DNA of 64,000 nucleotides. Origin: a virus. The stretch spans positions 1 through 64,000 of IMG/VR virus record IMGVR_UViG_3300032296_003714. One strand, 5' to 3'. Made by a program: the position numbers and the translations under genes. The notes beneath the pieces were generated by a model. It was not told the DNA's origin and searched no databases. It worked only from the letters and a program-made list of their open reading frames with translations. Shown piece by piece: positions 38,729-48,692 of the stretch (position 1 is the first letter of the stretch; each line of letters starts with the position of its first letter).

Positions 38729-40675
38729 ATGCCCAATTTACCCATATCTCAACTACCGTTAGCGGTTTCAGGACAACCTGATTCTTTGATGGTAATCGTA
38801 AATCACGATATTGTACCAACAGGTATAACCAATTCAATTTATTTCTCCGCACTGACTCAACAACTTTCAGGAAGTTCAGGAAGTTCAGGAACAAGCGGTA
38901 CGTCTGGTAGTTCAGGGACAGATGGTAGTTCAGGGACAGATGGTAGTTCAGGGACAGATGGAAGTTCAGGAACTAGTGGAATTTCAGGAATAGACGCGGC
39001 GGCGACGTTACGATGGATATTACAAGATACTTCAGGAGGAAATCCTTCATCTGCCACATATTTTACTTCCTGTTGCAATTCTGGTTTATTGAACACAGGG
39101 AGTTTCAAGTTCGCATATGGAAGTACAACCGTTCCATCTGAAGGATTTTGGGACACCATTAACAATGGGACTAATCCTTATTTACAAATTGTTAAGGTTG
39201 GTGACTCAAACGTAATTGGATTGTATGAAATTTCCTCCGTAAGTTATTCCGACCCAGGAAATGGGGGTCAATATAATGTTACTTGTGTTGGTATACCAGC
39301 AATTTATGCTTCAGGTCTTTGGGGTTTAGGCGATACGTATGCTGTATCTTTTATTCTCAATGGTACTTCTGGTAGTTCGGGGTCTAGTGGAACGAGTGGT
39401 TCTTCAGGAAGCTCTGGAACTGATGGTAGTTCTGGTTCTAGTGGAACGAGTGGTTCTTCAGGAAGCTCTGGAACTAATGGTAGTTCTGGTTCTAGCGGAA
39501 CAAGTGGGTCATCAGGAAGTTCTGGTACTGATGGTAGTTCAGGTTCAAGCGGAACGAGCGGTTCTTCGGGGACATCAGGTTTTTCAGGCGACTTATATAG
39601 AACAACTTCATCAACTCTTCTTACAATCCAAACGGGTATCACAGGTACTTTCGTAATTGGTACTAATTTGGGATATAGTGTGGCACAAGATGTGATAATA
39701 GCATATGATTTATCAAATCACATGATTGGTATGGTTGTAAGTTATAATCCTGTTAATGGTGACATGGTTGTTAATGTTCAAACTATTACTGGTTCGGGTT
39801 CATATTCTTCTTGGTTAGTTAATTTGGCAGGCGCTGCAGGAGGTGATGGAAGTTCAGGGACTAGTGGAAGTAGTGGTTCATCGGGTATCTCGGGCTCATC
39901 AGGAACAAGTGGTTCTAGTGGAAGTTCGGGAACCGATGGTAGTTCTGGTTCATCAGGAAGCTCAGGTTCAAGTGGGTCTTCTGGAACTTCAGGCAGTAGT
40001 GGTAGCTCAGGAACATCTGGTAGTTCAGGTTCCAGTGGTACTGATGGTTCTTCTGGTAGTTCTGGCTCGAGTGGTTCTTCAGGTTCATCAGGAAGTAGCG
40101 GTAGTTCAGGAACATCTGGTAGTTCAGGTACAAGTGGTACATCACCAGTATTACCTCTTCCTGTTGTTTTCGGATTATTTGCACAAACAGGAAATAGTGT
40201 AACAGTAAGCGGAACAACAACTGAATCAACTCTTATTGATGGTGGTATTGGAACATTAAGTGTACCTGCAAGTGGTTTCACTGTCGGTGATAGTTTTAGA
40301 GCGGATATGGCTGGCGTATTAAATGTTGGTAATAACCAAACCATAAGAATAAGAGTTAAATCGGGTTCAGTTATTTTGCTTGATAGTGGTGCTCAGGCAA
40401 TAACAAATATCACCGAAGACATTTGGGGTCTTTCGATAAACTTCACTGTAAGACAGGTTGGGCCTGCGGGAGTCGCTTCTATTGTTTCTTTAGGTGCGTT
40501 CCATTATACAAAAACCACTAATGGAACCGTGGAAGGTTTTTCATTCAACACGGTCAATAACACAACATTTGATACTACAGTGAGTAATACATTAGATATT
40601 ACTGTGGAGTGGGGAAGTACAAGTGCGTCAAATAGTATTTATTCTGACATATTTGTATTAAATAAGATTTATTAA
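38729..40675 (+). CDS. Collagen-like (Gly-Ser-Ser/Gly-Thr-Ser) tail fibre/appendage protein
   Basis: Three G-X-Y blocks (GSS, GTS, GTD) separated by globular domains; N-terminal PISQLP. Confidence 0.8.
   Translation: MPNLPISQLPLAVSGQPDSLMVIVNHDIVPTGITNSIYFSALTQQLSGSSGSSGTSGTSGSSGTDGSSGTDGSSGTDGSSGTSGISGIDAAATLRWILQDTSGGNPSSATYFTSCCNSGLLNTGSFKFAYGSTTVPSEGFWDTINNGTNPYLQIVKVGDSNVIGLYEISSVSYSDPGNGGQYNVTCVGIPAIYASGLWGLGDTYAVSFILNGTSGSSGSSGTSGSSGSSGTDGSSGSSGTSGSSGSSGTNGSSGSSGTSGSSGSSGTDGSSGSSGTSGSSGTSGFSGDLYRTTSSTLLTIQTGITGTFVIGTNLGYSVAQDVIIAYDLSNHMIGMVVSYNPVNGDMVVNVQTITGSGSYSSWLVNLAGAAGGDGSSGTSGSSGSSGISGSSGTSGSSGSSGTDGSSGSSGSSGSSGSSGTSGSSGSSGTSGSSGSSGTDGSSGSSGSSGSSGSSGSSGSSGTSGSSGTSGTSPVLPLPVVFGLFAQTGNSVTVSGTTTESTLIDGGIGTLSVPASGFTVGDSFRADMAGVLNVGNNQTIRIRVKSGSVILLDSGAQAITNITEDIWGLSINFTVRQVGPAGVASIVSLGAFHYTKTTNGTVEGFSFNTVNNTTFDTTVSNTLDITVEWGSTSASNSIYSDIFVLNKIY
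38869..40142 (+). repeat. Three coding G-S-S/G-T-S repeat blocks
   Basis: About 38869-38990, 39362-39590 and 39848-40142; includes perfect 3x ggtagttcagggacagat at 38906-38959. Confidence 0.9.
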
Positions 40676-40704
40676 AAATAAAACAATATTTATAAATAAA
40701 AAAA

Positions 40705-41676
40705 ATGAACTGCAAGCAATACACACTAACTAACACAACATCTGGTAATTTATATTTTAATTACACAAGATGTGATGATAATATTTTTGAAAGTCAGGTT
40801 TTATTAGAACCAGGAGAAACAAAAAAAATATGGTTAATAACAAATTCATATTCATCTGCATTTGTTACTGGAATCCAAGTTGTCGATAACGGAGCTTTTC
40901 CTGCAACACCGGCAGTAACTCCAACTCCAAGTAGCACACCTAACCCAACTCCTACCATTACACCAACCATAACTCCAACTAATAGTGTAACACCAACCAT
41001 GACTCCAACTAATACTGTAACACCAACATTAACTTCAACACCAACTGTAACACCAACATTAACTTCAACACCAACTGTAACACCAACTCAATCAAGGTAT
41101 CAATTTGCCGCGTATTTCGGCTCAACTCCAGTTCAAGCTTGTGAATTATTTAGTGCTGTTACAATTTATGGTGATTCTGAATTATTTGATAATAATAGCC
41201 AATTCTACAATAATGTCTCAGGACCTGTAACAATAGACATGTCAGGTTATTATAGTTACGATAATCAGGTAACTGAAATTAGTTCTAATGGTACCCAAGT
41301 CGGCTCATTTGATAGCTGTACGGTACTTCCAACAAGAACTCCAACACCAACCGTAACTTCGACCCCGACAGCAACAGTAACACCAACCGTAACATCGACT
41401 CCAACTCCAACCCCAACAAGAAGTATGTGGGTGTATTCTTTAGGTTATGATGCAAATTCAGCATCAACAGCATGTAGTGACTATTCATCAAGTCCAATAA
41501 CTGTTTACGCACCTCTTGAAGGTGGTCCTGGACCTAACATCGGTGAAACATTGTATTCTGATTCAGGATTAACTACTCCTGTTTCTGATGGATATTATTC
41601 AAATGGAATTGCATGGTATCAAGTTACTGGTGGTTCTGGTGAAGTAACATCTTCTGACCCTAACGGTTGTGCATAA
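40705..41676 (+). CDS. Mucin-like Thr/Pro-repeat virion protein
   Basis: Two (TP/TPT)n stalks linking small Cys-containing domains; TATTTAT promoter. Confidence 0.75.
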   Translation: MNCKQYTLTNTTSGNLYFNYTRCDDNIFESQVLLEPGETKKIWLITNSYSSAFVTGIQVVDNGAFPATPAVTPTPSSTPNPTPTITPTITPTNSVTPTMTPTNTVTPTLTSTPTVTPTLTSTPTVTPTQSRYQFAAYFGSTPVQACELFSAVTIYGDSELFDNNSQFYNNVSGPVTIDMSGYYSYDNQVTEISSNGTQVGSFDSCTVLPTRTPTPTVTSTPTATVTPTVTSTPTPTPTRSMWVYSLGYDANSASTACSDYSSSPITVYAPLEGGPGPNIGETLYSDSGLTTPVSDGYYSNGIAWYQVTGGSGEVTSSDPNGCA

Positions 41677-41698
41677 CAAAAAAAAAATAAAAAAATAT

Positions 41699-41727
41699 AA
41701 ACCCTCTACTTTCGTGGAGGGTTTTTT
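41699..41727 (+). terminator. Rho-independent terminator
   Basis: AAACCCTCTAC-TTTC-GTGGAGGGTTTTTT. Confidence 0.8.
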
Positions 41728-41751
41728 ATTTTTTAAACAAAATAATATTTC

Positions 41752-43020
41752 ATGAGCAAAATTTTTATTCAAATTGCTTCCTATAGAGACCCTCAGTTGG
41801 TTAACACTATAAAGGATATGATGGCAAATGCAAAAAAACCTGAAAATTTAGTTTTGGGTATTGCGAGACAATTTTCAGAAACAGATGGGTTTGACAACCT
41901 AGATGAATGGAGAGATGATAAAAGATTTAGAATTCTTGATGTCCCTTATCAAGAAGCGAAAGGGGTATGTTGGGCAAGACATTTAGTTCAACAACTTTAT
42001 AAAGGGGAAAAATATACAATGCAAATTGATTCTCACATGAGGTTTGAAAAAAACTGGGATGAGACATTAATTAAAATGATAAAGGGTCTACAAAAGGATG
42101 GGTATAAGAAACCTCTACTTACGGGTTATGTACCCTCCTTTGACCCTGATAATGACCCAGCAGGAAGAGCACAAGATGCTTGGAGAATGACTTTTGATAG
42201 ATTTATTCCTGAGGGTGCAGTTTTCTTTTTACCTGAAACAATACCAGGGTGGAGAGAGATGAAAAAACCCGTAACCGCAAGATTTTATTCGGCCCACTTC
42301 TGTTTTACTTTGGGTGAGTTTTCAACAGAAGTACAGCACAATCCTGAATATTATTTCCATGGTGAAGAAATTTCCATCGCAGCAAGAGCATATACTTGGG
42401 GTTATGATTTATTTCATCCACATATTCCTGTTGTATATCATGAGTATACTCGTAAAGGTAGAACAAAGCAATGGGACGATGATAAGGAATGGGTTAAAAA
42501 GAATCAACATTCACACTTGATGAATAGAAAGTTGTTTGGTATGGATGGTGAAAAACAAGAAGGTCATGATGGTGAATTTGGATTTGGCCCTGTCAGAAGT
42601 CTGAGAGATTATGAAAAATACGCGGGTCTGTTGTTTGAAAGACGCTCAGTACAAAAGTATACGTTGGATAAAAATTACCCACCAAATCCGTACAACTACG
42701 ATTCTGAAGAGGAATGGATGGAAGATTTTACTAATATCTTCAAACATTGTATTGATATCAGCTATTCTCAAGTACCTGAAACAGATTATGATTTTTGGGT
42801 AGTTGCGTTCCACAATGATAAAGATGAAACTATTTTTAGAAAAGATGCGGATAAAAATGAAATTGCGGGTTATATGAGAGACCCTGATAAATATTGTAAA
42901 GTATGGAGAGAGTTTCCAACCAAAGAGTTACCAAAGTATTGGGTTGTTTGGCCACACTCAGAATCTAAAGGATGGTGTGATAGAATTACAGGTCAATTAA
43001 ACCATAGTGTTGTTAGTTAA
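41752..43020 (+). CDS. GT60-like polypeptide/hydroxyproline alpha-GlcNAc transferase
   Basis: IFIQIASYRD, AKGVCWAR, YTMQIDSHMRF..NWD, F.GEEIS..AR..T.G.D.F.P....YH.Y typical of the Skp1-Hyp GlcNAc-T (Gnt1) family. Confidence 0.85.
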   Translation: MSKIFIQIASYRDPQLVNTIKDMMANAKKPENLVLGIARQFSETDGFDNLDEWRDDKRFRILDVPYQEAKGVCWARHLVQQLYKGEKYTMQIDSHMRFEKNWDETLIKMIKGLQKDGYKKPLLTGYVPSFDPDNDPAGRAQDAWRMTFDRFIPEGAVFFLPETIPGWREMKKPVTARFYSAHFCFTLGEFSTEVQHNPEYYFHGEEISIAARAYTWGYDLFHPHIPVVYHEYTRKGRTKQWDDDKEWVKKNQHSHLMNRKLFGMDGEKQEGHDGEFGFGPVRSLRDYEKYAGLLFERRSVQKYTLDKNYPPNPYNYDSEEEWMEDFTNIFKHCIDISYSQVPETDYDFWVVAFHNDKDETIFRKDADKNEIAGYMRDPDKYCKVWREFPTKELPKYWVVWPHSESKGWCDRITGQLNHSVVS

Positions 43021-43458
43021 ATGGTATTCATATCACATAGAGGAAATATTGACGGAAAAAATGAAGTAAGAGAAAATTCTCCATATTACGTTATAGAGGC
43101 TCTTGCCATGGGATATGATGTGGAAGTTGATGTTTGGTTTGTTGATGGTGAATTTTGGTTGGGTCATGACGGACCACAATATAAAACTGATTATAAATTT
43201 TTAGTCAATGAAAAATTGTGGTGTCACGCAAAAAATATTGAAGCTTTAATGGAAATGAAAAAATATGTCATTCATTATTTTTGGCACGAAAATGACACCG
43301 TAACTCTAACATCTAAAAATTATGTATGGGCTTATCCGACTAAAGATTTTCCCAACAATACAATTGCCGTCTTACCTGAAATGTTCAATTCTGAAATAAA
43401 TCAATGTAAAGGAGTGTGTTCTGATTTCATAAAAGAATATAAAGAAAAGTATGATTAA
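43021..43458 (+). CDS. GDPD/PLC-like phosphodiesterase-fold protein
   Basis: ISHRGN, DVEVDVW, LGHD, LWCHAKN, GVCSD. Confidence 0.7.
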   Translation: MVFISHRGNIDGKNEVRENSPYYVIEALAMGYDVEVDVWFVDGEFWLGHDGPQYKTDYKFLVNEKLWCHAKNIEALMEMKKYVIHYFWHENDTVTLTSKNYVWAYPTKDFPNNTIAVLPEMFNSEINQCKGVCSDFIKEYKEKYD

Positions 43459-44827
43459 GTTAATTATTTTTGATTTGGATGGAGTTTTAGTAGAGGCAAA
43501 AAAAATTCACTATGATTGTTTGAATCAAGCTCTCGAAGAAGAAGGAGAACAGTATGTTATAGGATGGGACGAGCATTTAAGTATTTATGATGGATTAAAG
43601 ACAAACCAAAAACTAGAATTACTTTCTAACAACAAAGGTCTTCCCGTTAATTCGTATAAAAGAATATGGGAAAAAAAACAAATTCTTACATTAGAATCAC
43701 TGAATAAATTAAATCCAACAGAGCACATAAGAAACTGTATAAGTAGTTTATCTAAAGAAGGATATAAGATTGTTTGTTGTTCAAATAGTATTAGGAAAAC
43801 TGTATTAACGGTTTTAAGTAAACTAGATATAATTCAATATTTTGATTTGATTTTATCAAATGAAGATGTGAAAAACAGCAAACCTCATCCTGAAATATAT
43901 TGGAATGCAATTTCTCACATGTCTTGTTTTCCAGATGAAACACTAATTATTGAAGATTCACCTTATGGTTTGTTAGCCGCAAGTAGGAGTAATTCTATGG
44001 TATATCGTGTTAATTCTCCTAGTGACATAACATATGATAATATAAAGAATCAAATAAATTTTATTACTAAAAACAGTAAGATGGTTAAACATAAGTGGTC
44101 TGACAAAACATTAAATGTACTTGTCCCGATGGCGGGTGCTGGAAGCAGATTTGAAAAAATGGGATATACTTTTCCAAAACCTTTGATTGATGTTATGGGA
44201 AAACCCATGATTCAAGTTGTGGTTGAAAACCTTAATATAGATGCCAATTTCATTTATATTGTACAAAAATCTCATAGAGAAAAATATAATTTAGATACTC
44301 TATTAAATCTTATAACACCAAATTGTAAAATTGTGGAAGTAGATGGATTAACTGAAGGTTCAGCTTGCACAACACTATTAGCCAAAGACTTAATTAATAA
44401 TGATAGTCCATTGATATCAATGAATTCTGACCAATTTATTGAATGGGATTCAAGTGAATTTATGTATAAAATGAACGAGTCCAACTGCGATGCAGGTATT
44501 TTAACATTCAAAGCAACCCACCCTAAATGGTCATTTGTTAAAATAAATGATTTGGGTTATGTAACCGAAGTTGCAGAAAAAAAACCAATTTCTGATATTG
44601 CAACTGTTGGGATTTATTTTTGGAGAAGGGGGTCTGATTATGTAAAATATGCGGAACAAATGATTTTAAAAAATATTAGAGTTAACAATGAATTCTACAT
44701 TTGTCCGGTTTTTAATGAGGCAATTTTAGATAATAAAAAAATAAAAATATTCGATGTTGATAAAATGTGGGGTATCGGTACCCCTGAAGATTTGAATTAT
44801 TTTTTAGAAAATTACATAACTATATAA
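43451..44827 (+). CDS. HAD phosphatase - nucleotidyltransferase fusion
   Basis: FDLDGVL, KPHPEIY, IEDS in N-half; PMAGAGSRF...PKPLI, EKKPIS, EFYI.P, GIGTPEDL in C-half. Confidence 0.88.
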   Translation: MIKLIIFDLDGVLVEAKKIHYDCLNQALEEEGEQYVIGWDEHLSIYDGLKTNQKLELLSNNKGLPVNSYKRIWEKKQILTLESLNKLNPTEHIRNCISSLSKEGYKIVCCSNSIRKTVLTVLSKLDIIQYFDLILSNEDVKNSKPHPEIYWNAISHMSCFPDETLIIEDSPYGLLAASRSNSMVYRVNSPSDITYDNIKNQINFITKNSKMVKHKWSDKTLNVLVPMAGAGSRFEKMGYTFPKPLIDVMGKPMIQVVVENLNIDANFIYIVQKSHREKYNLDTLLNLITPNCKIVEVDGLTEGSACTTLLAKDLINNDSPLISMNSDQFIEWDSSEFMYKMNESNCDAGILTFKATHPKWSFVKINDLGYVTEVAEKKPISDIATVGIYFWRRGSDYVKYAEQMILKNIRVNNEFYICPVFNEAILDNKKIKIFDVDKMWGIGTPEDLNYFLENYITI

Positions 44828-44828
44828 A

Positions 44829-45677
44829 ATGAATAATAACTTTTGTTTTCTGGTTTATACTAACGAAACGTATCTCCCAATTGCTAATCTATCCATGTCA
44901 GAATTTGATAGATTTAATCCCAATTTCCCTATAAAAAGATATTTGGTTTCAAATAAAATAGGCGATTTTGAATTTAAAGCACAAAATACAACTTTAATAG
45001 ATTGTGATATTCCGTTTGATGGTTCAGGAAATCACTTTTCTAAAACAATGATGAAAGCCATCTCTAATATTAGTGAGGAGTATATTATATTTTTCTGTGA
45101 TGACTATTTGCCAATAGGCGGAACTAAATGGAATTTATTGTCAGAATTAATTGATATGATAAAAAATGAAGATATAGACTTCATATCTTTTTCATACATG
45201 CCCCAAGCAAAGCAATGGAAAAAATTTCATGCAACGCTTCCTTCAGCACCAGATAAGAATTTATATTATATTCCGGATAACTACATGTATCTGTACAGCG
45301 TCCAGCCATGTATTTGGAAAAAATCTTCATTGTTAGATATCTTATCTCATAATCCAGAAATGTCCTTACATCATTTTGATACAACAAATTTAAAAAATAG
45401 GGAAGGATTTGTTAGAACTATGGATGTTCATACTTCGACATGGAATCCATACCCACAAGGCTCACAAACCTATGGATTTAAATGTTTAAGTACGGATTAT
45501 GGTGGATTTGATGAACAAGAAAATTATGATTGTTTTATATTTCCTTACGTTGAGATAGTAAGACATGGGTTTTTTAATATGTGGAGAGAAACAAATACCA
45601 AAATATTTTTAGAAAAATATATTGTTGATAATAACATTGATGCTGATGAGCGTTTAAAAAGATTTATATACAAATAA
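44829..45677 (+). CDS. Putative glycosyltransferase (GT-A fold)
   Basis: YIIFFCDDY, YSVQPCIWKK. Confidence 0.55.
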   Translation: MNNNFCFLVYTNETYLPIANLSMSEFDRFNPNFPIKRYLVSNKIGDFEFKAQNTTLIDCDIPFDGSGNHFSKTMMKAISNISEEYIIFFCDDYLPIGGTKWNLLSELIDMIKNEDIDFISFSYMPQAKQWKKFHATLPSAPDKNLYYIPDNYMYLYSVQPCIWKKSSLLDILSHNPEMSLHHFDTTNLKNREGFVRTMDVHTSTWNPYPQGSQTYGFKCLSTDYGGFDEQENYDCFIFPYVEIVRHGFFNMWRETNTKIFLEKYIVDNNIDADERLKRFIYK

Positions 45678-45693
45678 AAATCCACACCATTTT

Positions 45694-46551
45694 ATGAATA
45701 TTGAAGTAATGTTTGAAAAACCACATACTTTGTGGAATGTTGTGTGGGTTTTTGAAAAATTTTTTCACTGGTTTAAAGAAAATTACCCTGAACATAATAT
45801 TACTTTTAAAAATAGTGACCCAGATAAGAGAGGAAATCCATGTAGTCCGTATTCACCTCATGTGATGGTTATAAGAAATTTAGATAATTTAAAATATATC
45901 ATAGTTTCATATTGGGATAGGGCATACGAACTTACATGGCCAGGTTGCGGATGGGATATTGAAAATAGAGTTGAAATAATAACATCTTCAGGTGTCCATT
46001 CCCCAATGGACTTTACACCCTTTTCTTATCTTTGTTATTCAAAGGATTTCGAACAAATTGCGAGTGTTGAAAGAATTCCTTTTGATAAAAAAGAAAAAAA
46101 TTATTTATTTTTTAGAGGGTATCTGTATCATCATAGAAAAATAATGCAAAACCATTTTCCTGAATATTTTACCGAAGAAAGAAAAGTCTCTTTCGATTTA
46201 TTCAAAGAATTTAATGAGAATAAGATTAATCTTAGTATTGATGGTGCAGCTGAAATTTGTCATAGGGATATTGAGATTCTTTCATCTGGTTCTGTTTTAT
46301 TAAGACCTGAGTTAAATCAAATTTTTCATGACCCATTAATTCCTGATTATCATTATATAAGTGTTCCAAAAAGTAATGACCCGGTAACACAATTTAAATT
46401 ATTATTAGAAAAGTACGAAGAAGTTAAAAATAACGATGAATTATTATCCACAATATCAAACAATGGATATGAATGGTATGAAAGAAATGGAACTGTAAAA
46501 TCAAATGTTGATATTTTAAAAAAAATTATAAATTTAGGTAAATTAGAATAA
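45694..46551 (+). CDS. Putative glycosyltransferase (GT-B, CgeB/GT90-like C-terminus)
   Basis: LFFRG, LSIDGAAEICHRDIEIL..G..L, L.PD.HY, I.NNG.EWY. Confidence 0.6.
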   Translation: MNIEVMFEKPHTLWNVVWVFEKFFHWFKENYPEHNITFKNSDPDKRGNPCSPYSPHVMVIRNLDNLKYIIVSYWDRAYELTWPGCGWDIENRVEIITSSGVHSPMDFTPFSYLCYSKDFEQIASVERIPFDKKEKNYLFFRGYLYHHRKIMQNHFPEYFTEERKVSFDLFKEFNENKINLSIDGAAEICHRDIEILSSGSVLLRPELNQIFHDPLIPDYHYISVPKSNDPVTQFKLLLEKYEEVKNNDELLSTISNNGYEWYERNGTVKSNVDILKKIINLGKLE

Positions 46552-46554
46552 ATT

Positions 46555-47946
46555 ATGAATGAAGTTGTTAAATATTGGGATGGGAATCTTATATTACGCC
46601 ACATCGGTAAAGAGTTAAATTGGTTATTTAGTTATCTCGATGATAAAAAAATTGAATCTGTTTCTTTCATTGATATTGGAGGTAATGTTGGAAAATTTTA
46701 TGATGAGGTTTCAAAAAAATATAATATAAAGAAGTGTGTTATTGTTGAACCTTCTAAAGTTTTATATGACTATATGTCTAATAAATTTGAAAACAACGAT
46801 TCTGTAGAAATACACAATTTTGCAATTTCAGATAAAAATGGAAGTTTTCAATTTTACGATAGTGCAAGTATGTTTGTTGACATATTTGAAAAAGAAGAAA
46901 TAAACGATTCAATAAACTTAGGATTGTCTAAGTTGTCTCATGATGTACCTGGTGATACTATGTGTTATAGTATGGATTTCTTTATGAGAGAAATTTGTAA
47001 CATACAACCTAATGAAATAGATTTTATAAAAATTGACACAGAAAATTCTGATTTACAAATTATTAAAAGCATGACGAATTTTTTTGTGGAGAATAAAATT
47101 CGACCTCTAATTCTTTTTGAGAATAACTATCATAACTCTATTAGTGAAACTGAAGCTTTGGCTATTATAAATAATTTTTGTAATTTATGTGGGTATGAAA
47201 AGATTGATTTATCAATACCAGGTGACAATATCCTAATTCCGCTAAAAAAAGAAAAAACTAATAATTTAACTGAAGTTTATAGAATATTACAAAGTTTTAA
47301 AATCGATAAAAAATTTTGGAGATATCAAAACTTAACGGGTGAGGATTATGATATTAGAAGGTCTAAACCGGCACCATACATTAAAACCGCAATTGAAATT
47401 GCTAAAGCGTTAGACTTAAAAAATGTTGTTGAAATTGGTTCTTCAAGATATTCAGTAACTGACCCATGTTTGAAATATTTTGATTTGTCTAATAATGCCT
47501 TTTTGTCTCCACCTTGTTGTTGTGACGGACATGGAGGCTTTTTTTGGTCAAGAGCGGGGTTTGAAGTTTATACTGTAGATATTGACGAAAATTGTAAAAA
47601 TGGGGTCTTGTGGTCTTATGGTAATCTTAATATTCCGGTTCCTGAAAATCTACATGTTGAAATACCTAGAGATGGGATTGAGTTCTTACAATCTTTTGAT
47701 AAAACTATAGACGTTTTATTCTTAGATGGTTGGGATATCGGTACTCCTGAATATGCTGAAAAACATTTAGAGGCGTATTTGGCTGCTGAAAATAAATTAT
47801 CTTCAACCCATTTAGTCTTAATCGATGATACTGATTACATTACCCAAGATGGAGGTAAAGATAAACTATTATCTCCTTATCTAATTGATAAGGGATATAT
47901 TCCATTATTTAATGGAAGGCAAACATTATACATGAAATATGAGTAA
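46555..47946 (+). CDS. Double methyltransferase (FkbM-like plus Methyltransf_24-like)
   Basis: FIDIGGNVG..VEP..IDFIKIDTE; VVEIGS..LFLDG..LIDD. Confidence 0.8.
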   Translation: MNEVVKYWDGNLILRHIGKELNWLFSYLDDKKIESVSFIDIGGNVGKFYDEVSKKYNIKKCVIVEPSKVLYDYMSNKFENNDSVEIHNFAISDKNGSFQFYDSASMFVDIFEKEEINDSINLGLSKLSHDVPGDTMCYSMDFFMREICNIQPNEIDFIKIDTENSDLQIIKSMTNFFVENKIRPLILFENNYHNSISETEALAIINNFCNLCGYEKIDLSIPGDNILIPLKKEKTNNLTEVYRILQSFKIDKKFWRYQNLTGEDYDIRRSKPAPYIKTAIEIAKALDLKNVVEIGSSRYSVTDPCLKYFDLSNNAFLSPPCCCDGHGGFFWSRAGFEVYTVDIDENCKNGVLWSYGNLNIPVPENLHVEIPRDGIEFLQSFDKTIDVLFLDGWDIGTPEYAEKHLEAYLAAENKLSSTHLVLIDDTDYITQDGGKDKLLSPYLIDKGYIPLFNGRQTLYMKYE

Positions 47947-48691
47947 AGTAGTTATAAGTCTTACGACAATACCAAACAGATTAAATCCTGATAGACCAGG
48001 TTATGGATTAAAGCCTGCACTAGATAGATTAACAACATTATCTTATGGTGATTATGAAGTTCATTTGAATATACCATTTGTGAATAATAAATCTGGTGAA
48101 TATTATACAATACCTAATTGGTTACAGGAATATAATTCGGACAAATTAAAAATTTTTAGAACTGAAGATTATGGTTCAATAACAAAACTGATTCCTACTG
48201 TTGATAGGTTATCTGACCCTAATGATATAATAATAACAGTTGATGATGACTTGAATTATATGGATGGTTTCATTGAATATCATTTAGAAAAAAGGAAACA
48301 ATACCCTGACGCTGCAATTGGTTTTGCGGGTATAGGCTCAATTGGGGGGACCTGCCATTTTTGTACCACAGTAAAAGATGATGTTAGAGTTAAAATTTTA
48401 GAAGGATATAAAACTGTATCATATAAAAAAGGTTTTTTTGGTTCGGATTTTAAAGATTTTGCAATAGGAAATTGGAATGATGATATGATTATATCTGCAT
48501 ACTTAGGTAAAAATTACATCCAAAAAATGGTTGTTGCTTACGATAAAGACACTGATTATTCTCCAAGAGTTGAGTCATTTCCTGTCATTGGACATCTGCC
48601 AAATGAAAGAGGTGGCTGTTGGTGGTTTAGAAATGAGTCTGTACCTGACAATCATCAGATATACTATAAATTAGGATTTTTAGAAAGATAA
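47939..48691 (+). CDS. Putative glycosyltransferase (GT-A fold)
   Basis: VISLTTIPNR, DYG..TKL, IITVDDD, NDD..ISAYL. Confidence 0.65.
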   Translation: MSKVVISLTTIPNRLNPDRPGYGLKPALDRLTTLSYGDYEVHLNIPFVNNKSGEYYTIPNWLQEYNSDKLKIFRTEDYGSITKLIPTVDRLSDPNDIIITVDDDLNYMDGFIEYHLEKRKQYPDAAIGFAGIGSIGGTCHFCTTVKDDVRVKILEGYKTVSYKKGFFGSDFKDFAIGNWNDDMIISAYLGKNYIQKMVVAYDKDTDYSPRVESFPVIGHLPNERGGCWWFRNESVPDNHQIYYKLGFLER

Positions 48692-48692
48692 T

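Noticed and set aside
38857-40344. Antisense PELP-repeat ORFs and + strand VVLV ORFs
   Set aside because: Frame shadows of Gly-Ser-Ser codons in the fibre gene.
40687-40698. TATTTATAAATA palindrome as a canonical T4 TATAAATA late promoter
   Set aside because: At the other sites only the TATTTAT orientation faces the gene; the full T4-sense match here looks incidental.
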